From positions 11,869 to 75,868 of the forward strand of contig JALSLW010000001.1 in the NCBI GenBank assembly GCA_026988155.1: a stretch of 64,000 nucleotides of DNA. Reading direction: 5' to 3'. Within the stretch, counting starts at the first letter, position 1; each line of letters starts with the position of its first letter. Below the pieces are notes generated by a model. The model worked only from the letters and a program-made list of their open reading frames with translations, did no database searches and was not told where the DNA came from. Shown in pieces: positions 29,697-41,800 of this stretch. A program made the position numbers and the translations under genes. This DNA is from Methylomonas sp. (GTDB lineage Bacteria > Pseudomonadota > Gammaproteobacteria > Methylococcales > Methylomonadaceae).

Positions 29697-29921
29697 TTAT
29701 TTACCAATTTTTTTTGGAACTGGGTCTATGCCACCCTCATGAAAGGGGTGACATTTCAATAATCTTTTTATTGTAAGATAAGAACCTTTAACAGCACCAT
29801 GAAGCTGAATTGCTTCCAGACTATAACTTGAACAGCTAGGATAAAAACGGCATCTTGGGGGGAGTAAAGGACTTATAAAAGTTTTATAAAACTTTATAAG
29901 ATTTATGAGTAAGATTCGCAT
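29697..29921 (-). CDS. yidD: Membrane protein insertion efficiency factor YidD
   Basis: [54 protein letters not shown] is the conserved YidD pattern. Confidence 0.9.
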   Translation of the reverse strand: MRILLINLIKFYKTFISPLLPPRCRFYPSCSSYSLEAIQLHGAVKGSYLTIKRLLKCHPFHEGGIDPVPKKIGK

Positions 29922-30271
29922 CGCTCAGTCAATTTAAGCCAATGCTTATCTAGTGATTTTCTTAATAAAGCAGGTGACGCATTTGCTGCATCCCTTCTTG
30001 CCAGAACAACAATATCAATATTAATTAAATCATATTGTTTCAATCTAAAATTTTCCCTAATAGTTCTTTTAATAAAATTCCTTGTCACTGCCTTTCTTAT
30101 ATTTTTTTTAGCAATGGCAAGACCTAACCTAGGATGACTCAAATCATTTCTGATAGCTAATAGGGTAAAAAACTTATCAGTAGATTTTACTGGATTAGCA
30201 AATACCCTTTTATAATCAGCAGGATTTTCTAGTTTTAACTGGGAGGGAAAACTGCATCTTTTACAAACCAA
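29903..30271 (-). CDS. rnpA: Ribonuclease P protein component RnpA
   Basis: Basic protein with ...[17 protein letters not shown]...[26 protein letters not shown].... The ORF-track start is TTG directly abutting the rpmH stop, so the true start may be internal. Confidence 0.85.
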   Translation of the reverse strand: MVCKRCSFPSQLKLENPADYKRVFANPVKSTDKFFTLLAIRNDLSHPRLGLAIAKKNIRKAVTRNFIKRTIRENFRLKQYDLINIDIVVLARRDAANASPALLRKSLDKHWLKLTERCESYS

Positions 30272-30406
30272 TTATACGGTTAGCTCAGCGCGACCTTTTG
30301 CTCTGCGAGCATTTATTACCTTTCTGCCACCTACTGTAGCCATTCTAGCGCGGAAACCATGAGTTCTTGCGCGTTTAAGTTTACTTGGTTGATAAGTTCT
30401 TTTCAT
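30272..30406 (-). CDS. rpmH: 50S ribosomal protein L34 (not in ORF track, 44 aa)
   Basis: My reverse-strand translation is [44 protein letters not shown] followed by a stop, which is the canonical L34 sequence. Confidence 0.92.
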   Translation of the reverse strand: MKRTYQPSKLKRARTHGFRARMATVGGRKVINARRAKGRAELTV

Positions 30407-30638
30407 TTGCCTAAGCCTTAATAATAATTTAACAAAAAACGGATAAAAAAGACTCGGGATGATAAGATAAAACCATGTACTTTGTCAATTACATTTACTT
30501 AAAGTTTTCTACTTTTTACAAAATGCATATTTTCCTAGTTACTTTTTTCTATCTTAAAAACACTATAGTCAGCTCCTTTATAAAGTATAAAATACATTAC
30601 TTAAAACCACCACTATACAACCAAATTCAAAATAACCA

Positions 30639-31961
30639 ATGAGCTCTATTTGGAACACCTGTTTATCTAAACTTGAAAACGAAATTCCTTCCGGTGATTT
30701 CAGCACCTGGATCAGACCGCTGCAGGCAGTTGAAAAAGGCGATACGCTAAAATTATTGGCACCTAACCGTTTTATCATTGACCATGTTAAACAAAATTTT
30801 ATCAGTAAAATTGAAGATGCTGTGTATGAATTTTCCAATGGTACTTTACTGCTGCAGTTTGAAATTGGTTCAAAAAAGACGCCTCCCCTTATTCAGCCTA
30901 AACAGGTTAGGAAATCAGCAGAAAAAGATAAGCCAAAACGTTCTACCTTTTTAAACAGAGCATTCACCTTCGATAATTTTGTAGAAGGAAAATCTAATCA
31001 GTTAGCTAAAGCAGCCTCTATACAGGTTTCTGAAAATATTGGCAAAGCATATAACCCATTATTTATTTATGGCAGTTCCGGTTTAGGTAAAACGCATTTA
31101 ATGCATGCCATCGGTAATGCCGCCATTGTCAAAAACCCATCAGTAAATGTGGTTTACCTGCATTCAGAAAAGTTTGTCCAGGATATGGTTCAGGCTTTTC
31201 AGCATAACACCATTAATGCTTTTAAAGATTATTATCGCAGTATAGATATTTTATTGATCGATGATATTCAGTTTTTAGCAGGAAAAGAGCGTTCTCAGGA
31301 AGAGTTTTTTCATACCTTCAATAATTTACTGGATAAAAAACATCAGGTAGTTTTAACCTGTGATAAATATCCAAAAGAAATTGACGGTTTGGAAGACCGT
31401 TTAAAATCTCGGTTTGGCTGGGGACTCCCAGTTGCCATTGAGCCTCCTGATTTGGAAACACGCGCAGCTATTTTAATCCAGAAAGCCGCTTTGGCTAACG
31501 TAGATCTAGCTCAGGATGTTGCCTTTTTTATTGGGAAAAGAATCCCATCAAATGTCAGAGATTTAGAAGGTGCTCTTAGACGGGTACTTGCAAATGCCCA
31601 GTTTACAGGCAAAGAAATTACTGTTGATTTTACTAAAGAAGCACTGCATGACTTAATTTCACTGCAGGACAAGTTAGTTAACATAAATAACATTCAAAAA
31701 ACAGTAGCTGAATATTTTAAAATTCGAGTTGCTGATTTATCATCCAAAAGCCGTAGACAATCAATTACCCGTCCCAGGCAAATTGCCATGTGTTTGGCTA
31801 GAGAACTAACTAGCCATAGCTTTCCGGAAATTGGTGATTCATTTGGTGGCAGAGATCACACAACAGTAATTAATGCCTGTAAACGCATTAAAGCATTGCG
31901 GGACAGTGATATTAAAGTGTCTGAAGACTACCAGAACCTGTTGAGAACATTGACTCAATAG
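30639..31961 (+). CDS. dnaA: Chromosomal replication initiator DnaA
   Basis: Walker [14 protein letters not shown], with [23 protein letters not shown] and the C-terminal DNA-binding helix region ...[15 protein letters not shown].... Confidence 0.97.
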   Translation: MSSIWNTCLSKLENEIPSGDFSTWIRPLQAVEKGDTLKLLAPNRFIIDHVKQNFISKIEDAVYEFSNGTLLLQFEIGSKKTPPLIQPKQVRKSAEKDKPKRSTFLNRAFTFDNFVEGKSNQLAKAASIQVSENIGKAYNPLFIYGSSGLGKTHLMHAIGNAAIVKNPSVNVVYLHSEKFVQDMVQAFQHNTINAFKDYYRSIDILLIDDIQFLAGKERSQEEFFHTFNNLLDKKHQVVLTCDKYPKEIDGLEDRLKSRFGWGLPVAIEPPDLETRAAILIQKAALANVDLAQDVAFFIGKRIPSNVRDLEGALRRVLANAQFTGKEITVDFTKEALHDLISLQDKLVNINNIQKTVAEYFKIRVADLSSKSRRQSITRPRQIAMCLARELTSHSFPEIGDSFGGRDHTTVINACKRIKALRDSDIKVSEDYQNLLRTLTQ

Positions 31962-32431
31962 TTGCGGCAAACCTGTGGATAAAACTAAGGTAAAATAACT
32001 CTTCTACTTTATCCACATTTTAAAAACAAAGAAACTTCGTACTTTAAAAACAATATAACTTATTGACTTTTTTAAAAAAAATAGTCTTATACACAAGTTT
32101 TTAGATGCCTAATAGTAATAAGTAAATAAAGATATATACTTTTATTATTAATTGGCTGACTAAATGACTCGTTTAAATAATTCATTACAAAATATTTTGC
32201 TTATGTTAGATTTAGTTCTCTGTGGATAAACCTGTGCTCATGACTAAATTTATGTTGTTCGTTGACTGTTACCTTTTAATATGGAATATTTTGTCACCAG
32301 CATATCACCAGCCTGACAATCATTTAATTAACAGTCTTAATTATAGTTTAATCATTTGATTTTAAAGTGAAAATACATTTTTTCAACAGTTTTTATCAGA
32401 CTAATAACAGTAATAAGTTTAAATATATTTT
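31962..32431. promoter_or_regulatory. Candidate oriC / DnaA-box cluster in the dnaA-dnaN spacer
   Basis: Three perfect 9-mers are present: TGTGGATAA at 31974-31982 and 32221-32229, and TTATCCACA at 32009-32017. One single-mismatch box TTATACACA lies at 32087-32095. A very AT-rich tract at about 32040-32160 lies between them. Confidence 0.6.
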
Positions 32432-33532
32432 ATGAATTTTATTATTAATAGAGAACAGCTTCTTATTCCTTTGCAGCAAATCGTGAGCGTTATCGAAAAG
32501 CGGCAAACCATGCTTGTGCTTTCAAATGTGCTTGTTACAGTAAATGACAATGAACTTGTGTTAACAGGCACTGATCTTGAAATTCAGCTGGTTGCTAAGA
32601 TTTATCTTCAATCTTATGAATCTGGTGAAATTACAGTTCCGGCAAGAAAATTTTTAGATATTGTTAGGCTATTGCCTAATGAAGCTGAAATTAAAATTGA
32701 ATTAAAAGATGATAAAGTTAAAGTAACTTCGGGTCGCAGTCGATTTTCTCTATCAACTTTGGCAGCAGATAATTATCCAGAGTTCTCAGAGTCAGAATTG
32801 GATAATCAATTTCTAATGAATGCTGGACAATTGAAAAAAGCATTGAATAAAACAGTTTTTTGCATGGCGAACCAGGATATTCGTTATTACTTAAATGGCC
32901 TGCTATTGCATGTATCAAATAGCAAATTAAAAATGGTTGCTTCAGATGGGCATCGTTTATCCATTTATGAAGATAATATCGGAACAGCCACTGGCTATGA
33001 ATCACGCATTATTTTGCCCAGAAAAGGTGTAGTGGAGTTATCACGATTATTAGAAGATGATGATACCGAATTAAACATACAGTTTTCTAGCAGCAATATT
33101 AGAATTTATATCAAAGAATTGACTTTTTCTGCGAAACTGGTTGACTCTAAATATCCTGATTTTAGTAAAGTGTTTGATCAGCCATTTTTTAACCAAATAC
33201 ATATTCAACGGCAATTACTAAAAGATGCCTTAACCCGAGTTTCCATTCTGGCTAACGAAAAATTTAAAGGTATTACCTTTGATATTTCAGAAGACCTTCT
33301 AAGGCTTAGCTCTCATAACCCAGAACACGATGAAGCTACAGAAGAATTGATTATTGAATATCAGGGAGAACCCTTAACTATTGCGTTTAACTCTCAATAT
33401 GTTTTAGATGCAGTAAGCAATTTAGATTCAGAATTGGCAGTACTGACTATTGCAAGCAATGCCAGCAGCTGTTTTATAGAAGAACCGGAACAGCAACTTT
33501 ATAAATTTATTGTTATGCCTATGCGTTTGTAA
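32432..33532 (+). CDS. dnaN: DNA polymerase III beta sliding clamp
   Basis: 366 aa. The N-terminus MNFIINREQLLIPLQQIVSVIEKRQTMLVLSNVL and the C-terminus ...FIVMPMRL are typical of DnaN. Confidence 0.97.
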   Translation: MNFIINREQLLIPLQQIVSVIEKRQTMLVLSNVLVTVNDNELVLTGTDLEIQLVAKIYLQSYESGEITVPARKFLDIVRLLPNEAEIKIELKDDKVKVTSGRSRFSLSTLAADNYPEFSESELDNQFLMNAGQLKKALNKTVFCMANQDIRYYLNGLLLHVSNSKLKMVASDGHRLSIYEDNIGTATGYESRIILPRKGVVELSRLLEDDDTELNIQFSSSNIRIYIKELTFSAKLVDSKYPDFSKVFDQPFFNQIHIQRQLLKDALTRVSILANEKFKGITFDISEDLLRLSSHNPEHDEATEELIIEYQGEPLTIAFNSQYVLDAVSNLDSELAVLTIASNASSCFIEEPEQQLYKFIVMPMRL

Positions 33533-33578
33533 ATTAATTCAGTTTAATGACAGGCCTATATTTTTTACTTGCATCATA

Positions 33579-34655
33579 ATGAGTTTACAAAAGCTTGATA
33601 TTTATTTTTTACGAAATATTAAAAAATCTTCTATTTCGCCTTCCCCCGGCATTAATTTAATTACTGGTAAAAATGGCAGTGGTAAAAGTTCATTATTAGA
33701 AGCTATCTTTATCTTAGGAAGGGCTCGGTCTTTTAGGGCTAAAAATATTAAGCAAGTGATCCAGTTTAAACAAACTGAATTGATAGTATCTGGTCAATCT
33801 ATACAGCAAAGCGGCCAAGTTTTTCATTTAGGCATTCAATTTAATGGCAAAGGCTGTGAAATTAGGCTTAATAAAGAAAATAGCAATAGATCTGAACTAG
33901 CCTATTCCCTCCCTGTTCTATTGATTCACCCAAAAAGCTATTTATTATTGGATGGTGGTCCACAAGTTAGGCGTGAGTTTTTAGATTGGGGGGTCTTTAA
34001 CTTTCAAGAAGATTTTTTAATTTGCTGGCGTAAGTTTAAGAAGGTTTTACAGCAGCGAAACTCACTGTTAAAAAACAAACAAGCTGATCAGATTAATGTT
34101 TGGAATAACGAACTAGTCGAGTACGGTACAATAGTCTCTAATTACCGGGAACAATACTTAAAGAAGCTAGAACCTTTTTTTTTTGAAATTTGTTCCTGCT
34201 TTCTAAACTTTGAACAGATTGAATTAAAATATAACCCTGGTTGGGATCAAAGTGAAAGTTTTATGATGTCTTTAAGAAAAGATTTACCAAAAGATTTACG
34301 TTATGGTTTTACTCATAGCGGCCCCCATCGATCTGATGTTGGGGTTATGGTTGATGGACGTTTGGCAAAACATGTAGTCTCTAGAGGGCAGTTAAAGCTG
34401 TTAATGCTTTCTTTAAAATTAGCGCAAGTTAAATTGATTAATACAGAAAAAAACAATTCAGTCTGTTTGTTGATTGATGATCTTACTGCAGAATTGGATA
34501 TAGATAATAAGGCAAAATTACTGGATTATTTATCTGGGTTACATTGCCAGGTTTTTATGTCTACGACTGAACTTTCTAATTTTGGAGATTTAACAAATTT
34601 GGATAACTATAAAAAGTTCCACGTGGAACATGGAAAAATTAAAGAAGTAATTTAA
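33579..34655 (+). CDS. recF: DNA replication and repair protein RecF
   Basis: I place the start at the ATG at 33579 (MSLQKLDIYFLRNI...). The ORF-track start at 33510 overlaps dnaN and adds a Cys/Phe-rich non-homologous leader. Walker A is GKNGSGKSSLLEAI and Walker B is LLIDDLTAELD, with a C-terminal FHVEHGK. Confidence 0.93.
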   Translation: MSLQKLDIYFLRNIKKSSISPSPGINLITGKNGSGKSSLLEAIFILGRARSFRAKNIKQVIQFKQTELIVSGQSIQQSGQVFHLGIQFNGKGCEIRLNKENSNRSELAYSLPVLLIHPKSYLLLDGGPQVRREFLDWGVFNFQEDFLICWRKFKKVLQQRNSLLKNKQADQINVWNNELVEYGTIVSNYREQYLKKLEPFFFEICSCFLNFEQIELKYNPGWDQSESFMMSLRKDLPKDLRYGFTHSGPHRSDVGVMVDGRLAKHVVSRGQLKLLMLSLKLAQVKLINTEKNNSVCLLIDDLTAELDIDNKAKLLDYLSGLHCQVFMSTTELSNFGDLTNLDNYKKFHVEHGKIKEVI

Positions 34656-34676
34656 ATATCATGTTCCACGTGGAAC
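34616..34676. repeat. Duplicated perfect 14-bp palindrome GTTCCACGTGGAAC
   Basis: Copy 1 (34616-34629) lies inside the recF codons for FHVEH. Copy 2 (34663-34676; 16 bp as TGTTCCACGTGGAACA at 34662-34677) lies in the recF-gyrB spacer, 18 nt before the gyrB ATG. Confidence 0.85.
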
Positions 34677-34682
34677 ACATAA

Positions 34683-37109
<2,427 letters not shown>

Positions 37110-37136
37110 TTAATGCCATTATTTAAAACTCCTGCC

Positions 37137-37161
37137 AATCCTCCTTTTTCAAAGGAGGATT
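37137..37161 (+). terminator. Candidate gyrB terminator hairpin
   Basis: AATCCTCCTTT, loop TTC, then AAAGGAGGATT (11-bp perfect stem). The downstream U-tract is weak. Confidence 0.4.
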
Positions 37162-37197
37162 AGATTATCAAATTGTCTGCTTATATTTTTATCTGTT

Positions 37198-37980
37198 ATG
37201 TTAACTTACCCTCAAATTGACCCAGTTGCCATTGCTTTAGGTCCGCTAAAAATTCACTGGTATGGCCTTATGTACCTCGTTGGTTTTGCAGCAGTTTGGC
37301 TGTTAGGAAAAAAAAGGGCAGAAAAGCCTTATTCGGTGATTAAACCGGAAGCAATGGAAGACCTAGTTTATTACGGTGCTTTAGGCGTTATATTGGGTGG
37401 CAGAATTGGCTATATTCTGTTTTATAATTTTTCCATTTTTATTCAAGATCCATTAATTCTGTTTAAAGTCTGGGAAGGAGGCATGTCATTTCATGGGGGT
37501 ATGCTAGGTGTTTTTATAACTATGTGGTGGTTTGCAAAAAAACAGCAATGCTCCATGCTGGAATTGACTGATCTTATATCACCTCTAGTGCCCATAGGCT
37601 TGGGTGCGGGCCGAATTGGGAATTTTATTAATAATGAATTATGGGGAAAAACATCAGATGTGCCCTGGGCAATGGTTTTTCCAGGCGCAGGATCGGTGGC
37701 AAGGCACCCATCTCAACTTTATGAAGCATTACTGGAAGGAGTAACACTGTTTATCATTATGTGGATTTATACACGTAAACAAAGGCCTGTTATGGCACCG
37801 ACAGGACTGGTACTCTTTCTTTACGGCTGTTTCAGATTTTTTGTAGAATTTTTTCGTCTGCCAGATGCCCAATTAGGCTACTTGGCATTAAACTGGGTAA
37901 CTATGGGGCAAATATTATCATTGCCCATGATTATCATTGGTGCCTTCCTATTTGTTTACGCACATAAAAAAACAGCATGA
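37198..37980 (+). CDS. lgt: Prolipoprotein diacylglyceryl transferase
   Basis: Contains [38 protein letters not shown] and [12 protein letters not shown]. Confidence 0.93.
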   Translation: MLTYPQIDPVAIALGPLKIHWYGLMYLVGFAAVWLLGKKRAEKPYSVIKPEAMEDLVYYGALGVILGGRIGYILFYNFSIFIQDPLILFKVWEGGMSFHGGMLGVFITMWWFAKKQQCSMLELTDLISPLVPIGLGAGRIGNFINNELWGKTSDVPWAMVFPGAGSVARHPSQLYEALLEGVTLFIIMWIYTRKQRPVMAPTGLVLFLYGCFRFFVEFFRLPDAQLGYLALNWVTMGQILSLPMIIIGAFLFVYAHKKTA

Positions 37981-38810
37981 AACAATATTTACAGCTACTG
38001 GATAAATTGCTTAATGAAGGTGTGCAAAAAGGCGACAGAACGGGCAGTGGGACCCTATCAATTTTTGGTCACCAAATGCGTTTTGATTTGCAAAAGGGTT
38101 TTCCTTTAATAACTACAAAAAAAGTCCATGTAAAATCCATTATTCATGAACTGCTTTGGTTTTTAAAAGGCGATACCAATATTGCCTATTTAAAACAGCA
38201 TGGGGTGAAAATCTGGGATGCCTGGGCAGATGAGCAGGGTGAATTAGGTCCGGTCTACGGTAAGCAATGGAGATCATGGCCAACACCGGAAGGAGACTGT
38301 ATAGATCAGATAGCAACTATCATAAAGCAGCTGAAAGAAAACCCAAATAGCCGAAGAATTATTGTCTCAGCCTGGAATGTAGCAGATTTACCTGATGAAT
38401 CCATCAGTCCGCAGGAAAATGTAAAAAAAGGAAAAATGGCGCTACCAGCCTGCCACGCGTTTTTTCAGTTCTATGTGGCGAATGAAAAGCTATCCTGTCA
38501 GCTCTATCAGCGCAGCTGTGACACGTTTTTGGGTTTGCCATTCAATATAGCCAGTTATGCATTATTGACGCATATGGTGGCTCAGCAGGCCGATTTGGAT
38601 GTTGGTGATTTTATTTGGACAGGTGGTGATGTGCATTTATACCTAAATCATCAGCAGCAGGCGCAGACACAATTGCAACGCCAGCCTTATGCTTTGCCTA
38701 CCTTAAAAATAAATAGAATGCCTGAGTCTATTTTTGATTATCAATATGAAGATTTTGAAATAGAAAATTATCAGGCGCATAAACATATTAAAGGTTCTAT
38801 TGCAGTTTAA
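37977..38810 (+). CDS. thyA: Thymidylate synthase
   Basis: Contains [29 protein letters not shown] (catalytic Cys) and [18 protein letters not shown]. It overlaps the lgt stop, as in the classic lgt-thyA operon. Confidence 0.95.
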   Translation: MKQYLQLLDKLLNEGVQKGDRTGSGTLSIFGHQMRFDLQKGFPLITTKKVHVKSIIHELLWFLKGDTNIAYLKQHGVKIWDAWADEQGELGPVYGKQWRSWPTPEGDCIDQIATIIKQLKENPNSRRIIVSAWNVADLPDESISPQENVKKGKMALPACHAFFQFYVANEKLSCQLYQRSCDTFLGLPFNIASYALLTHMVAQQADLDVGDFIWTGGDVHLYLNHQQQAQTQLQRQPYALPTLKINRMPESIFDYQYEDFEIENYQAHKHIKGSIAV

Positions 38811-38851
38811 TCAGTGATTGCATCCATTCTGTAAACGCTGGATTATCATAT

Positions 38852-41800
38852 TCAATCATATTTCAGCTCAACTTCAATTAAAGGGATTTCCCATTGCTCA
38901 ACTTTACAGCGGGACAGATACTGTTTATCACTATCTGTCTGATAGCGGGTAATCATGGCTACTATACTGGCAGACTGTATATTTTTAAGTCTGTCTTGCC
39001 ATTGCAGTTGGGACTTTTTTGATAGAATTGCAATAGTCATTGTTTCTGCTTCAATTGCTATTTTACCCTTCCGGCTGATAATCATCACCTTTGAGCCAAC
39101 GGATAGATTGGACAGCAATTGATGAATAGGGTGTTTTTTAACAAAACTTCCAGCATAACTTAAATCAAAATCTTTCAGTCCCAGCACTATATATTGTTTA
39201 TTTTCTAATGGCATTTTAGTTTCAAACTCTGGATTGCTGCTTCTTTGCAATATAAAATCACCATTCAATGTCTGGCAATAGGGATTGTCCTGATCTTGTC
39301 GCTGCAATAGACAAAGTGTTTCCCGTGCCCGAGTCATAGCAACATAAAACAGCCGGCGCTGTTCTTCTGAGGCTACCGGTTTCCAGCCGCCATCCAGGAT
39401 AAAGACGTGGCTAAATTCCATGCCTTTAACAGAGTGAATGGTGGAGAGGAAGACACCTTGACCTAAACGGCTGTTACGGCTATGTTCGGCCAGTGATTCG
39501 TATAAGTATTCTAATAATTGCCGTTTACTGGTATTTTCATTGTCCGTTTCTATTTGCCAGTTTTTCAGCAGCTGTAACAATTGCTGCATCCAGAAATTTT
39601 GAGGTTTTTTCTGTAGCCAATCAAGCCAGTCACTGGCAGTGCATAGTGCTTTGGAATCTTGCTTGATTGCATTGAGTAAAGCCAGGTTTTCTCGAATGCG
39701 AAAGGGCGGCGGCTGGCTCTGTTTTGGCAATGCCAGACTAAACGGAATATCGTTTTCTTGTAAACAGGTTCTTACCGGGTGTAATAGTCGCCATTCCGTC
39801 GTTAATATTGTGCATTGAGACCAGTCAAGACTGTTATCAAGCTGCCGTAAGCGCTGTAATTCCAGTATCAGCGCCTGTGCCTGATGAATTTCACTCTTGC
39901 AGAGTAACATCTGCACCCGTCCCTTTGCCAATGGGTCCAATTTGCTCCAGCGTCCGCCTGCTGGCAATTGCTTCCGTGCTTGATTGACCCGAATAGGGTG
40001 TTGCTGTTTCATTCGGTCTTGGTTTTTTTCAATCAGCTGGTTAGACGCATCAATGATATGCTTGCTAGAACGATAATTTTCTACCAGATAATGCATACGG
40101 GCCTGGTAGTCCTGTTCAAATTGACGGATAAAGCCAATATTGGCCCCCCTAAACTGATAGATATTCTGGTCATCATCGCCGACGGCTAAAATGCTCAGCT
40201 GTCGGTCTTCGTCTTGCTTACGTCCTGCTAATGCCGAAATCAATTGGTATTGCAGCTCATCTATATCCTGATATTCATCAACCAAAATAAAACGGTAGCC
40301 AGCAAGCAATCGGTCACGCATTTCATCGCCAGCAACATTCAGGCAGGAGTGCTGTCCAATTAACAGCTCAATCGCCTGTTTGATCATGTTTTGGAATTGT
40401 ATGGAACTGTTTTCATCGACACTATCTATACCGGTTAATGCATGACCTGATATTCGTAGGCTAAGACCATGATAGGTCTGTATGGTAACGAATTTTGCAT
40501 CATTCCCGACTAAATCCATCAGTCTTTGCCTTAATTCTATGGCCGCATTTCGATTAAAGCACAGCACTAAAATACTCTTTGCCGGGACTTGCTTTACTCG
40601 TAGCAAATAGGCGCATCGATGAACAACAACTCGTGTTTTGCCAGAGCCAGGTCCTGCCAATATTAAATTATTGTCATTTTCATGGGCAGCAACCAATGAT
40701 TGCTGCTGGGGGTTTTGCAAATCACTTACAATTCGCTGAAATGATTGCTGGCTGGTTGCCCTCTGTATTATTTCTTTACGGCCTTTAAAGTAGTTTTTTA
40801 CAAATTCAGTTTTATCCTGAGAAAAATAGGCAACCACAAAAGACAAGGCATGGCCTATTTTCTCCAGTCCTTTACGGGCATATTCATTCATTACATGCAC
40901 CTGAAAAATGCGTTCGCTGTAATGCTGTGATAAAGGCTCAAAATCGCCTTTGTTATAGCGCCGTCCTTTAGATTCTGGCAATACCTGAATAGTCATCGCC
41001 TGCCGAAAAACCGCCAGTCCTTTTTGCAGGGTAATAATTTTTTGTTCATGCAGAAAGTTAAGGCCCCGCTCAACAGCAGCCAGAGGATCTTTTAGATGTG
41101 CATGCAGTTCAATATCCTGTTTTAAAGCGGCAATGATATCTTCGATTGAGAACTCAACGAGTATATCCCCCCCGGCTCTAGTATCAGCAGGAATTTTCTG
41201 CAATATAGTATTCAGTGCTATTTGAGCAACTGTTTGCCTGCGCACCACAGTTGCTGTTACTGCTTTCCAGCCACGGTTTAGCTTAATGCGATATTGGTCT
41301 TGAGATGAATGTCTAAGAAACAGACTGCCTTTATTTGCCGCCAACCCCTGTCCATCCCTGCTTATAGAAACCAGCAGCAGTCTAAGGGTTTCAGGATTGC
41401 AGTCTTTAAAACCCTGATCCAGCAAATGCTGATTAACATGCCTTAATGATAATACTTGCCAATCTTCAGGCTCCGCGTCAGGCGCCTGTTCCTGTAACAG
41501 TTTTAGCAATGCAATTTCCAGCTGGCAGATTTGCTGCAGCAAGCGTGTTGATGCGTTGCTTACTTTATAGCGGACAAAAGCGGTCAATAGCAGGTTTTTC
41601 TGAATAATGCCTGCTGATGACATATCATATAAGGTTCTGATAACAAGCTGACTGGCTGTTTCATTGCGTGCTGGCTTCTGTTCTGAACTGTCTTTGGAAA
41701 ATTCGCTTAGCTGAGCTAATTCATCGGCACTAAAGCCTTCATCGCTATCAGCATTAAATAATTCATCTAAAATAGCCAGCCAGCGTTTTTTCTGTCTCGC

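Noticed and set aside
30407-30638. The rpmH-dnaA spacer as the replication origin, the usual place in many gammaproteobacteria.
   Set aside because: I found no perfect TTATCCACA/TGTGGATAA box there, whereas the dnaA-dnaN spacer has three. It is retained only as the dnaA promoter region.
33510-33578. An N-terminal extension of recF (MLCLCVCKLIQFNDRPIFFTCII) from the longest-ORF start.
   Set aside because: It overlaps the dnaN 3' end and is Cys/Phe-rich, unlike RecF N-termini. The ATG at 33579 gives the canonical start about 30 residues before the Walker A motif.
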